In this document: positions 10,666 through 21,765 of the stretch, in pieces | Numbering within the stretch: the first letter of the stretch is position 1 | Layout: each line of letters begins with the position of its first letter | Assembly: GCA_020184695.1 (NCBI GenBank) | Contig: JAANOX010000111.1 | Location: 1 to 64,000, forward strand | Direction of reading: 5' to 3' | Source: Histomonas meleagridis 2922-C6/04-290x | Taxonomy: Eukaryota; Protista; Parabasalia | DNA: 64,000 nt | Translations under genes and position numbers: made by a program | The notes under the pieces: generated by a model | Database searches by the model: none | The model's input: the letters and a program-made list of their open reading frames with translations, nothing else | What the model was told of the DNA's origin: nothing

Positions 10666-11985
10666 TTAAATGCATTCATAAAGTTGTTGGGATAGGTTTG
10701 CAACATTTTCATCACTAGATGTAGTCAATTCCGAAATCATTTCTTTATCGATAAAATCTGAAATTTCAAATGACATATTCATCAGATTTAGAAAAGAAGA
10801 AATTATATTTGCAGAAAGTTGGTAATCGTCAACATTGAACAACTCTTGTAAAAAACCTATTGTCACCTCGTTTACAAGTGGTATAATTTGTTCTCTAGAT
10901 CCTGAATGAAAAATTGTTGTAATCAAATATCCTGTTTCAACTTTAGTTTGGGTTGGAGAGTTCCCTATGATATAGTTTATTGCTCCATATACATCGTTAT
11001 CAATAAGCAATTGTACATAGTCGGGTCCATTTGCAGCAAAATTCGAAGACGTTTGAATTGACGCATTTGCGGTTTCGTTATTGAAATCGAAATAAAATAA
11101 AACGTTTTGAACGGGAAGATATTCCAAAAGTCGAAATTTGTAATCTTCGTTCTCTGTGTTACAAGCAATCGAACAAATAGAAATTGCAACTTTCGCTGAG
11201 GTTTCATCTTTAGAAGCTACTTGGTTCATAATAAAATCGAAGATGAACGTTGAATAAAATAATTCAACAGATTGTGATGAACGACGTAACCAAAAATATA
11301 TACACCACTCAAGGTTTAGTACCGTTGTTGCTGAGATTTCAGGTTTTGAAAGCCATCGAGGAAAAGCATTATTTATGAATTTAATGAATTCATCTTCGTT
11401 TACATTGCAAAATCGGAAGAAATTAATGAGTGTCTTACTTATGCAATTGTCTTTTTTCTCGTCTTCATTAAATCTATTAAGAATTTTAAGGATAAATTGG
11501 GGATAAAAAAATATAGGAGAATCAGTTGTTATGTTGTATATAAGTTTGAGGATACCGAGGAAAAGGGAATTTTTTTTAGCAGAAAGGATTTTAATGACTT
11601 TGTTCTGACATGCAATATTAGATTGAAACTCTAAAGCAATTTTGGAAGATACAAATGAAACCTCAATAAAAAAATTTAGGATTGATTCAAGAAGATCATC
11701 TGGTGTGTCTTCTCGACTAAAAATATCGAATAAAAATGAGTATGCTTGGTGTGAAAGAAATTGAAAAACTATCATTCTTTGAAGTTGGCGTTTTTCAAAG
11801 TGGCTTCTAATCGAGTCTAAACGATCAGGAATTAATGTTTGACTTCTTATTATCGAATAATGATTAACATCAGAACATAATTTTTTAAGCATATGTATCT
11901 CTTCATTTAGTTCTTGACCGTTATCAGAAAGATCATTAATTTCTGTTACTCTTGCTTCATCCAGAATGGTTTTTTTTAGATCCAT
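10666..11985 (-). CDS. ARM/HEAT repeat protein, importin-alpha-like
   Basis: 439 aa all-helical pattern; motifs such as ASIQTSSNFAANG and KVETGYLITTIFHSGSREQI resemble importin-alpha ARM repeats. Confidence 0.55.
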   Translation of the reverse strand: MDLKKTILDEARVTEINDLSDNGQELNEEIHMLKKLCSDVNHYSIIRSQTLIPDRLDSIRSHFEKRQLQRMIVFQFLSHQAYSFLFDIFSREDTPDDLLESILNFFIEVSFVSSKIALEFQSNIACQNKVIKILSAKKNSLFLGILKLIYNITTDSPIFFYPQFILKILNRFNEDEKKDNCISKTLINFFRFCNVNEDEFIKFINNAFPRWLSKPEISATTVLNLEWCIYFWLRRSSQSVELFYSTFIFDFIMNQVASKDETSAKVAISICSIACNTENEDYKFRLLEYLPVQNVLFYFDFNNETANASIQTSSNFAANGPDYVQLLIDNDVYGAINYIIGNSPTQTKVETGYLITTIFHSGSREQIIPLVNEVTIGFLQELFNVDDYQLSANIISSFLNLMNMSFEISDFIDKEMISELTTSSDENVANLSQQLYECI

Positions 11986-12292
11986 TTTAAGACGACCGTT
12001 TATTCAGACACTTTTGTCAAAGAAGAAAATCATTTGATATTTTTTAATTGTTGGATTTCCTGTTTCTTTAATTTAATTATGAGCTTAACATCCAGAAATC
12101 AACAAATTTAAACTTTCGGAGTTTCATCAAAATTATTTAGAAATTGAGAAATTGTAATTTTGAAATATATTTCAACAATAAACAAAAAAAATGCGCATAC
12201 GAATCACTGTATTTACTCCTAAAACAACAAAATTTCCACTAAATCGTTTCTTTTGAAATATCCTTTTTTTTTAGACATGTTATGTAAAATTA

Positions 12293-12649
12293 ATGTCAAC
12301 ATCTGCTTCAAACATTCTATCATTTAAGGGAGACCGTGATGCTTTAATACAGCAAGTTGTTAGTGCTGGAGAACTTGTGGCTCTTGTTATTTATGCTCCA
12401 TGGTGTCCATCATGTCGAAAATTATCTCAAGAGTTACCTTCTATTTCAAACGATTTTCCCAATGTTCTCTTTCTCAAAGCAAATATAGGCGAAGCTAAAG
12501 AGTTATGCTCTTCTTTTAATTTAACTGCAATTCCACATATTAAGTTCTTCACAATGAATGGTAATCAATTAACTGAACTTAAATCCATAACAGGTGCCAA
12601 CTTTGCAAACATTAGAGCAATGCTTACAGAACTATGTCCTCCACAATAA
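12293..12649 (+). CDS. Thioredoxin-family protein (WCPSC)
   Basis: 118 aa with YAPWCPSCRKL, FLKANI and the cis-Pro loop AIPHIKFF. Confidence 0.9.
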   Translation: MSTSASNILSFKGDRDALIQQVVSAGELVALVIYAPWCPSCRKLSQELPSISNDFPNVLFLKANIGEAKELCSSFNLTAIPHIKFFTMNGNQLTELKSITGANFANIRAMLTELCPPQ

Positions 12650-12871
12650 AATATTTTTGTGATTTTTTTTACCATGTATCAAGTTACACTTATCCAAAGA
12701 AATTTTTGGCTTTTTTTAGTTTACACTGCAAACAAATATCGTAAATCATTTGAGTCAAGCAAAATTGGGAAATTAAAAAAAAGAAAATTTCCGTTTATTA
12801 TATTTACTCATTTCTTTTTTTCTCTTCTCAGTATTATTCTCGTTGGAAATTAGAAAAAACAACAGAAGTTT

Positions 12872-13513
12872 TTAGATATTGTATTTTTGCTTAAATTCAT
12901 CAACATTGAATGTCGGAAGTAAAACTTTGAAGAACTCAATGACACATTGCTTTGCGAGTTCTATGCTATTTGTTTTCCAGATTTTATAACAGATATATAA
13001 AATCAAGAGTAAGATAATAGATATGGTAATTGTAAATGATTTTGATGGCCTTATACTTTCTCGTGAAATATTCATTTGAAGAGGAGAAGATGATGAGTAT
13101 GCCAACATTACAACTATTGCAATAAGAGCAATTGCCATTATTAATGGTATAAAAACTTTTTTGAGCATTGAAGGAGCTTGCGGAAGGTTAGCTCTAAAGT
13201 GAGCTGGATTTCTTAGATTTAGGTGCTCACTTTGTTGGATTGTTTTATGAACTTTTGTTGGTATTCCTGTAGCATACAAAACTATTTGTCCTTCCTTATC
13301 CAGAAGGAGTTCGCTTAGTTTTACGTGATCTTGTAATATTACTCCTCTTTGAACAACTCGTATTGATTCAATTCCAACCATGTGATTTATTTTAGCAATC
13401 ATTTTTTTAACTTTAAGGATGTCACAAGTGAATGGAACATTCTCCATTTTGGAACGACTTCGGTCTGCCGCATAGATGACTGTTACTGTAACATTCATTT
13501 GATTTGTATTCAT
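12872..13513 (-). CDS. Ubiquitin-like domain protein with two TM segments
   Basis: N-terminal UBL pattern (IRVVQRGVILQDHVKLSEL) and two hydrophobic stretches near the C-terminus. Confidence 0.65.
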   Translation of the reverse strand: MNTNQMNVTVTVIYAADRSRSKMENVPFTCDILKVKKMIAKINHMVGIESIRVVQRGVILQDHVKLSELLLDKEGQIVLYATGIPTKVHKTIQQSEHLNLRNPAHFRANLPQAPSMLKKVFIPLIMAIALIAIVVMLAYSSSSPLQMNISRESIRPSKSFTITISIILLLILYICYKIWKTNSIELAKQCVIEFFKVLLPTFNVDEFKQKYNI

Positions 13514-13958
13514 ATCACATTTCTATGACCAAATTACGAGCAGATGAAAAAATTGAGTCCAGAGATCAATTTGTAAGTTTAAATTTATAATACATATACT
13601 GTATGGTATATGATCATACTTGCCATCCGTTCTTTATGAGCAAAAAATCATCAGCAATCAATGATATATCATTTGCACGATAAAAAATTTTTTTAGCATC
13701 ATCAAAGTATGATGTAATTAAAATGTTTCTGCTTGAACTCAAAGCTTTGAGTTAAAAAAAATATTTCGTTTTGGTTTCATTTTTATGAAAAATTATCGTA
13801 CGATAATAATTTTCAGAGGATTTATTTGTAAAACTTTATGAAAAAAATGCACTTTTTTATGTGCAAAAGATGATATAATTGAATCTAATTTGATCTTAAT
13901 TTACGGTTTTTTCACACCAGTTAAATAACCCCTTTTGGAGACCGTTTATAGAATCTGG

Positions 13959-15236
13959 ATGGATCCTACAGAAGCAGAAAAAAGAGTCAGGATTATTCTT
14001 TCCAAGGGACATCCATTCGTTGCTATTGCTAGTGCGTCATATGAGCTTTCGTCAGGGTTAAGGGTTCTCGATTCATGGAATTTTGATAATACAATAACAA
14101 TAACAAATTTTGAAAATTATTTCCTAACAATTATTGGTAATATATATCGCAAAAGCGAGCAAAATTTTACTGAATTTCAATGTGAAAGAGTTGATTTCCA
14201 AAATCAAGGAATTTCTTCTATTTCAACATTATTTTCTATAGTAAGGAATCAGAAAAAAACATTTTATTCGCTTACCTTATTTCAAGACCTCAAAAACACT
14301 AAATTTTCACCTTATGTAAATTCATTATTATATCATCAACTTCATACTCTTGGGTTTTCTTATAAAAAATTACTTATTGAAGCTTCCCCTGATGCATCTT
14401 CCTTTCCAATGAGTCTCAGTAAAATATTTTCTGAGTGCAAAACAATTGTTAACTGCGATGTTAAACCAGGAAAATTAATCTTACCAAATTCAATTGATGA
14501 GATGTTTTATAACAAATGTTTAACATCTCATTTACAGACTCAAATGACCACCATTATTGAAACGCCTAATCTTGAAGCCTCATTATCACTATATTCATTT
14601 TTGTCACATTTTCTCCTCCCAGAGCAACAATCTCTTTCCGACCCAACACCACATCACACGGTCATTCCCGGACTGTTTCTTCAGTGTGTCACTCCACAGC
14701 CGCTTCCTCACCAAAAGCTTTTCCAGTTCAAAAGGCCTTGGACATGGGTAAACGTCTCCCAAAAGGAAGTTCACCAATATCCGAACATAGATACTCAAAA
14801 GCAAATTTTTAACGAATACACGACAAACGTTCTCTTTTCTGATGATAGTGAATCTCCAGAAGCAAAACAACTTATTGCAAAGCTTACACGATTGTATCAA
14901 AAATTTGAAGTCTTTCCAACACAATGGTCACGGAAAACAATCGATATGATTTCATCAAGGAGAAGTTTTGCAGAACGAATTTGCGAGGAAAGGATGCTCG
15001 AAATGGTTAACATGTCCATTCTTTTGGTGAATATGATTGATGAAACATTGGCTAATGGAAAGCTAAAATATCTTCAAACAAATCAAATTAATTCAATTAT
15101 GAAATTACTCGAACTTAATGACAAGATGGAGCTGAGAATGGTTTGCGCAGTCGCAGAATTGTTCCAGAACGGTTCATACTCGAAGGTGTTTGCGGGAAGA
15201 AATCAGGCAATTAGACAAATGATGAACAGCATTTAA
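13959..15236 (+). CDS. C9orf72-like DENN-fold protein
   Basis: First ATG at 13959. Longin-like AIASASYELSSGLRVLDSW and central TTIIE..LSHFLLPEQ..PGLFLQCV..PWTWVNVSQKEV parallel the C9orf72 pattern (TVVVG..LCLFL..GLFVQG..TTHIDV). Confidence 0.6.
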   Translation: MDPTEAEKRVRIILSKGHPFVAIASASYELSSGLRVLDSWNFDNTITITNFENYFLTIIGNIYRKSEQNFTEFQCERVDFQNQGISSISTLFSIVRNQKKTFYSLTLFQDLKNTKFSPYVNSLLYHQLHTLGFSYKKLLIEASPDASSFPMSLSKIFSECKTIVNCDVKPGKLILPNSIDEMFYNKCLTSHLQTQMTTIIETPNLEASLSLYSFLSHFLLPEQQSLSDPTPHHTVIPGLFLQCVTPQPLPHQKLFQFKRPWTWVNVSQKEVHQYPNIDTQKQIFNEYTTNVLFSDDSESPEAKQLIAKLTRLYQKFEVFPTQWSRKTIDMISSRRSFAERICEERMLEMVNMSILLVNMIDETLANGKLKYLQTNQINSIMKLLELNDKMELRMVCAVAELFQNGSYSKVFAGRNQAIRQMMNSI

Positions 15237-16071
15237 TAATGTAAATATTCTTATTTTGATGTTTTTTATTGTTAAATATAATTATATATATAAATATAAT
15301 AAATTAAAGTTATTGGAAAAATTTATAATAAAATTAAATAATATTTAAAAAAGGAAAAAAAATATCATCTAAGTTGTCATGGAATTGAGTTTGCTTTAAT
15401 AAAACGTGGGATTCATCATTTTATTCCAAAAGTGTGAATAAAAATAGAAATATCTTGATAAATTATTTATAAATTTCAAAATGTAGTTTGTAAACGTTTA
15501 GCGAAAAACATGTTTTTCTGAATAAGTGTAAAGGATAGCCGATGCCCATTTGGAGTATCTAATAATGACCTGCTCACCTCATGTTTTTGATATTTATATA
15601 TTATTAAAAATGTTTTGAAATTTTAATTTTTACACTCATTTTTTGATATAAAATTTATTTTATTTTCGATTTAGACATCATCTATATGTTGATCAATGTA
15701 TTTTATACTATATATGATCATGCGTTTCTTTGAACTTATCTCAATAATTAATTTTCTCACTCCCAATATTTTTCTGTTATACTGTGTCTTTTTTATCATT
15801 TTATATCAATGAGTCTATTATATATATTTATATATAAATGGTGAAAATACTTTAGAATGAGTAAAAAATAATAATGCATTTTGGTGTTTTGTTTTGTTAA
15901 ATAGTATTTTTTTACTTTAACATTATTTTTAAATAATTTGTTTGTTTGCGAAGAGTACTACTCTTCGTAGTAGCGTAGCAAACCACGCGAAGCGAATCTT
16001 GTTGATTGATCAAAAAGGAATAAAAATCCAAATTAAAAAATGTTTTATTGGTAAAGCAAACTTTATATATA

Positions 16072-17226
16072 TTATCCCTTTAAAACTCTTCTCTCAGCGC
16101 ACCTCAAATCTGTTCCATGGAATCCGTATTTCAAAAACTTCGCAATTTGTCCCATAGCTCCAGCGACAGTGAAATGTGTGCTTGACAAACTTCGAACTCG
16201 ATTTCTCATTTCTGTTAATTCTGTGTAGTTCATTTTATCGATTTTCTTTAGGACTTTTGCCAAGTCACCTATCTTTGTCACAAACCCGAATTTTTCCCAT
16301 TCAATGGAGTCATAATATGGAACCCATGGAATATCATTATACACATAAATTGGTATTAACCCCATTTGAAGTACTTCTGTAAGTCGATATGAGTTTCGTC
16401 CATTACCACGTGGACATAAAATTGCTTTGGAATTAGAATATATTTCGGTCCATTTTTTCTCGTTAGAAAACCCAGAGAAGTAACGGTCGCCTAACGTTTC
16501 CTTACAGATTTTATCCATTTCTTCTCGAATTTTATGTGTGCCAATTCGACCCATGAACACAGCAGTGTACTTCGGGTTTTCTTTTACTTGGATTGGCTCA
16601 TAATCGCGAAGAAATAGATTCAATGGAACATTACCTACACCACCTGATGACAAAACAAAAACATTGTCTGGAACATCCATGTCAACACCAGCTTCCATAC
16701 CTTCATCAGTACCACTAAGTGTTACATATAAAAAATCATCACTTATTAAATTCCATAAACCATTCATAAAATGATAATAATGCTCTCGCTGGTGATAAAC
16801 AAAGTTGGTGAATTTAATAATAATTGGAACAAAAACTCCAAATTCCTCAATAGTTTTATTATGGAATTCATCATACCAATATTCTTCGATCTGTCGACCA
16901 CAATATCCAACATAGCATGTGCCATGAACATTTGGGTAATTTTTTCGAATGTAATTTTGTATAATATCAAATTGTTCTTTCCTTGCATTGGTACCTGTTA
17001 TATAATGAGATTTTGCTGGCTTTCCCATGCATTTAAGAATCTCTTCTAACTGTTTTCGGGATTCTCTTAATCGAAGGAAACTAATTGTCATAAATGTAGA
17101 TCTCGTGTTTAATATGTATATGAAAAACCCAATAAAAACGAATGTAAAGATTATTGTAAACGTGTAAAAATGGTTTTGTTTGTTTAGAGCTCTTCGTAAA
17201 CAAAGCGGAGAAAAACAAAGAACCAT
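16072..17226 (-). CDS. Exostosin-like glycosyltransferase (GT47-like)
   Basis: N-terminal TM and the GT47 signature ILCPRGNGRNSYRLTEVLQMGLIPIYV. Confidence 0.8.
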   Translation of the reverse strand: MVLCFSPLCLRRALNKQNHFYTFTIIFTFVFIGFFIYILNTRSTFMTISFLRLRESRKQLEEILKCMGKPAKSHYITGTNARKEQFDIIQNYIRKNYPNVHGTCYVGYCGRQIEEYWYDEFHNKTIEEFGVFVPIIIKFTNFVYHQREHYYHFMNGLWNLISDDFLYVTLSGTDEGMEAGVDMDVPDNVFVLSSGGVGNVPLNLFLRDYEPIQVKENPKYTAVFMGRIGTHKIREEMDKICKETLGDRYFSGFSNEKKWTEIYSNSKAILCPRGNGRNSYRLTEVLQMGLIPIYVYNDIPWVPYYDSIEWEKFGFVTKIGDLAKVLKKIDKMNYTELTEMRNRVRSLSSTHFTVAGAMGQIAKFLKYGFHGTDLRCAERRVLKG

Positions 17227-17956
17227 TTATTGTGGTTTCAACCAAATTGAAAAAGATAAAAAAATTCTGAGGCTCACTTTTTGAAAGAAAAGCTGATAGA
17301 AAAGTGCTGCTCATTTTTCCACAGGAACGCACTGCATGATATGGGATAGATCCCACAAAGAGAAAGCAGTAGAGCCTTTAATTGATTAATCAATTAAATG
17401 GTGCATCTCCGGCCTTGAATAATCGAGAATTCAAGCTTAAGCTCCTGATGAATTTATGAAAATTTCATTTTTCATTTTTTATCTAAATTTGTTTTCAAAC
17501 CCACTTTTTTCAGGTTTAAACGAGTCCTATCCGAACCCAATCCATTTCAACCCAAATTTCGGTGATTCGATACAATCGATAATCTATTATATTTACTTAT
17601 AGAAATGATTTCGATCTTGATCTTCGATGTTGTTTCAAATCTCTTGGGGATATAGTTATTATTTCTCTTTCCTAAAATGTGAAATTTTAAAAAATAATAT
17701 TTTATTCTTCCTCTCGATTTTACTGTCATTTAATCTTCAACAATAAAAATGCAGCTAAACGTGATTATAAATTTGTTAAAAGATCATTCTGATTCAAATT
17801 TTTATATCAGCTAATCAGTAATTCAATGATCCAAATTTTATTCCATTAGATATACCTAAGAGAACATGTTTTTAATCTCACAGTTTTTTTTAAAAAGAAC
17901 TAATAATTTTATTGCTGCGGTTTTCATATTAATTGGATCAAATGAAGTTTAATCAC

Positions 17957-18517
17957 TTACCAGTAACGACGACCATATTGGAAGCTCATGTATTTGATGC
18001 TTGCGGACTTAACTTTATCACCTGAATGTGGTGCATGGATGCAGTTGCCTGAACCACTATAGATACCAACATGTGAAACTGGGTTGTAGAAGCAGCAAAC
18101 ATCTCCTGGTTTAAGATTTGCTTCTGAAACTTTTGTACCGCTTTGGGCTTGAGCACTTGATGTTCTTGGGATTGAGATACCAACTTGCTTATGGCACCAT
18201 TGTGTGAAACCTGAGCAATCGAAGGTGTTTGGACCTGTAGCGCCTGAAACATAGTCGCATCCGATCTTTGATTTAGCATATGAAACAATTGTATCACCAA
18301 CTGAGTTTGATTCTTTGATAACTTTAACATCTTTAGCTGCTATGTATGCATCTTTTCCACCATGCTTGAAAATGTAATGATCTTTATAACGACCTTTGAT
18401 ATCAAATTTGAATGGATACATTATGAAACCTCTTGGCTTTCCACCATATTTGTGGGAAATCATAGCCTTCTTTAAGACTTGAGCCTTAAGACAAAGAGAA
18501 AGAAGGAGTGTGAACAT
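17957..18517 (-). CDS. Secreted NlpC/P60 cysteine peptidase (peptidoglycan DL-endopeptidase family)
   Basis: ATG at 18517 after TTCATAAATTTATA (Inr-like), 186 aa. Signal peptide; catalytic FDCSG, SHVG and IHAP motifs intact. Confidence 0.93.
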   Translation of the reverse strand: MFTLLLSLCLKAQVLKKAMISHKYGGKPRGFIMYPFKFDIKGRYKDHYIFKHGGKDAYIAAKDVKVIKESNSVGDTIVSYAKSKIGCDYVSGATGPNTFDCSGFTQWCHKQVGISIPRTSSAQAQSGTKVSEANLKPGDVCCFYNPVSHVGIYSGSGNCIHAPHSGDKVKSASIKYMSFQYGRRYW

Positions 18518-18740
18518 TATAAATTTATGAAATTGTACAATTAACCGTCTGTCATTTGACAAAAATGTCAGTTTGTCGTCAAAATGCCGTTTTGATCGGT
18601 CTTTCAACCACCAGAATACAACCACTTTTCTATATTTTATATTTAAATACAATACTTTACATGTTCGTTTCAAAAGTTTATATGATCATAGTCTCAAAAA
18701 AAGGGTTGGAGATTGTGTTTCAAATAAACATTTCTATACT

Positions 18741-19625
18741 TTATTTCGAATAAGTGGATGGTAAAATAACTTTCTTTTCTTCTTCTTTGACTGTTTTTTT
18801 AAGAGCATTCTGTATCATATCTAGCTTCAAAGCTTCTTTGATGGTGTCATAAGAAGGGAGTTCTGACTGAGGTTTTGGAGCTTCAACTTTCGGTTTTTCG
18901 ATCTGATGAACATCCATTATAGTAACGATTTTCCATTCATCAAGAAATTGATTTGGAACAATGTCAAGCAAAGGATATTCAATTATTGTTTTTGCAAAAA
19001 ATGATTCTTGAAGAGTAAAATCTGTTTCCAAGAGATAATGACCACCACCTACAGCACCTTCTGCTACAAGCAAAACCGCACAATTTGTGATGTCTAGGGA
19101 TGCAACATAATCATTCTGTGATGTTTCAATAATACCTTTTAGAATATCTGATATTAAAGTATTTTCGCTAATGTTATTAATAAGCCTCTCATATTCTATT
19201 TTTTTATCAGAAGAGTGAAACCTCCACTTCAACGTCCATAAAATTTGTTTCTGAGATCCAACATAGCGTGTTTGATTTTCTTTAGATCTTGAAGACATTT
19301 CTGTCATAAATTGTATTGTAATGCCTCTTTCGACACAAGCTTTCCTTAGTGTCTTTTTCCATTTGTTTTTTTTATTTGGTTGTTCTATTGGATATATTGT
19401 TTTAATATCAGATGCTTTCATAACAACTTGATCAAGTAATTGACAATCTTTTGCGAGAGTAGTTGCGTTCATTTCCGAAAGTGGGATAAAACGTGTTTTT
19501 GGACGAACACCAGTACATCCAGTTTCTTCTTTGTGTCTTCTAACACAATTTATATTGCAAGTATGAATTCCACATGCAGGGCAAGTGTACTTAGCATCAT
19601 TCTTCCCACAGACTTGGCAGAGCAT
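18741..19625 (-). CDS. BCD1: HIT zinc-finger box C/D snoRNP assembly factor (Bcd1/ZNHIT6)
   Basis: CQVC..KYTCPACGIHTCNINCVRRHKEETGCTG, plus SSRSKENQT..ILWTLKW and IIEYP motifs. Confidence 0.85.
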   Translation of the reverse strand: MLCQVCGKNDAKYTCPACGIHTCNINCVRRHKEETGCTGVRPKTRFIPLSEMNATTLAKDCQLLDQVVMKASDIKTIYPIEQPNKKNKWKKTLRKACVERGITIQFMTEMSSRSKENQTRYVGSQKQILWTLKWRFHSSDKKIEYERLINNISENTLISDILKGIIETSQNDYVASLDITNCAVLLVAEGAVGGGHYLLETDFTLQESFFAKTIIEYPLLDIVPNQFLDEWKIVTIMDVHQIEKPKVEAPKPQSELPSYDTIKEALKLDMIQNALKKTVKEEEKKVILPSTYSK

Positions 19626-19745
19626 TATCTGTGGTTGATTTCTTGGGGAAGAGAAGACGTTACCTCAAATTTAACGTCTTTCTTTTTTTCTCATCAAAAA
19701 AAACACGTTAAATAATTAAATTTCATCAAATTTTGTTCAACTGAC

Positions 19746-20780
19746 ATGGCCGCCACTATACACCTTCCATTTTCTGAATATAAAAAGGCAGAAATTGATA
19801 TAATTACTCTTGTAATTGGTCTTTCATTATTTATTGCAATTTATTCATATATTATTCCAGATAAAAAACATAAAGGTGGTCGAACACTCAAAGCTGATGT
19901 GTTTCAAGGAAATGATACAATTCCAATACAAACTAATGTTTATAAAATAGTTCGAGTACATGCAGGATTTGGAAATCAATTATTTCAATATTCTTATGCA
20001 TACGCACTTCACAAAGAAACAAACTATCCTGTATATATTGATATCGATTATTTTAAAGAATGTCAAAATAGCGATTGCTTTAATCTTAGTAATAAATATA
20101 CAGGAAAATATCCTACACGAAAATTTGGTCTACGTTACTATAATATTTCATTAAAGCAACCAACCTCTGAGCAAATCCAAAATACAAATAAGATGGATGA
20201 ATTTATAAATGTCATTGGACATAACATAACAGAGTTTAAAGTCCCAATTAATCAATATTTTTATGGGTACTATGAAAATCTTTCGTATTATGACTTTGAA
20301 AAACATCGAAATGCATTAATTAAAGAATTTACATTAAAAATTGACATGCCCGAAGTCCATAAGAAATATCTTAAAATGATCCAAGCCACGAACTCGATAT
20401 CTATCCATATTCGGCGTACTGATCGTTCCGGAGAATTTGTGTATGCATCACTTCAATATTACATTGATGCGATAAATTATATGAAAAAAACTGTTAAAAA
20501 TCCGAATTTTTTTGTGTTTACTGATGACTTAGAATTCTCGAAGAAGTTCCTACAAATGGAAGGAAACTTCACATTCATTGAGGGTACTTCGACTTTAAAT
20601 CCAATTTTCGATTTCGAGTTAATGAAAAGTTGTAAACATAACATAATCGCAAATAGTACTTTCTCGTGGTGGGCGGCGTTCTTGAATGCTTTTAAGGATA
20701 AAATTGTAATAGCACCAAAATATTGGCGAAAAGGTGTTCTCAGTAGTTATTTGGTACCAAAGAATTATATAGTGTTCTAA
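19746..20780 (+). CDS. GT11 family alpha-1,2-fucosyltransferase-like protein
   Basis: GFGNQLFQY, SIHIRRTD, FVFTDD and DFELMKSCKHNIIANSTFSWWAAFL; N-terminal TM. Confidence 0.92.
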   Translation: MAATIHLPFSEYKKAEIDIITLVIGLSLFIAIYSYIIPDKKHKGGRTLKADVFQGNDTIPIQTNVYKIVRVHAGFGNQLFQYSYAYALHKETNYPVYIDIDYFKECQNSDCFNLSNKYTGKYPTRKFGLRYYNISLKQPTSEQIQNTNKMDEFINVIGHNITEFKVPINQYFYGYYENLSYYDFEKHRNALIKEFTLKIDMPEVHKKYLKMIQATNSISIHIRRTDRSGEFVYASLQYYIDAINYMKKTVKNPNFFVFTDDLEFSKKFLQMEGNFTFIEGTSTLNPIFDFELMKSCKHNIIANSTFSWWAAFLNAFKDKIVIAPKYWRKGVLSSYLVPKNYIVF

Positions 20781-21282
20781 TGAGCGAATATATATATATT
20801 TAGCTATTAAATTTATAATTTGTTTTTGTATTATAATATTAATTAGTAAAGTATATACGTACAGTTTTATATTGTGATGAAGATTGATTGAGTGCATAAT
20901 GCTAATGGAACAATTTATACTATGATAATTTTAGAAGTTTTTCTATTTCATCATTTCGAATTATTTTTGCAATTTCATTCATAGTATGCTCTTTAATTGA
21001 TTGCCTATGGAGTTCCCAATTATTATACGGATATTTACTTTTGCAACTCAGATATTCAGTTTGCACGCTACTTTTTGGTTATTCTGTTTTTCTAACTGGC
21101 TTTGTTTTGAGGGTGATAACTTTTGCGCACATCACTTTTTATGATATTTAGTTTTGCATACTGTATAATTGCGATGAGCTGTAACATAACAAAATTTTGT
21201 GCACATGTTAATGTTATATCGCATCGATATAACGAAAATTTCAAAACATTTTTTAGTTACCATAAATTATTTAACTTTTTAT

Positions 21283-21720
21283 TTATTTAACTAATTCCTC
21301 GTAATAAGAGTCTGATATGTTTGTGATAATCCTTCTGAATCTTTTCACGGCGATTATTATTATCACCACTATTATGGTGACAACTATTGGCACGCAAATA
21401 GCCAAAACATATATAATTATAACGATATTATCATCTTTTATAGGCGTACATTGGGGTAAATTTTGATAAGTCACGCTATAATTAGCGAATGTTTTGCCTT
21501 TGTAGATCTCAGTCACCATTATGTACTCTATTTTCGCATTAAATGCATCTATTTCGGGCTCAGTTTTACTGTTGTAGTATATAAATTTTAAATGGTTACA
21601 ATCAGCGAAAGCGGAATCTTTAATTTGTTTAACAGAAGAAGGCAATGTAATACTTCTTAAATTTGAACAAGAAGAAAATGAATTATCACCAATTACTTAT
21701 AATTTATCATTAAAATTAAA
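21283..21720 (-). pseudogene. 3' fragment of a BspA-like LRR surface protein
   Basis: Reads FNFNDKL*VIGDNSFSSCSNLRSITLPSSVKQIKDSAFADC, then TM and a short tail. In-frame TAA at 21697-21699 and no upstream body. Confidence 0.75.
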
Positions 21721-21765
21721 TGTTTCGATAAATAATGCAAGTGTATAAAATACAGGTAATTATGT

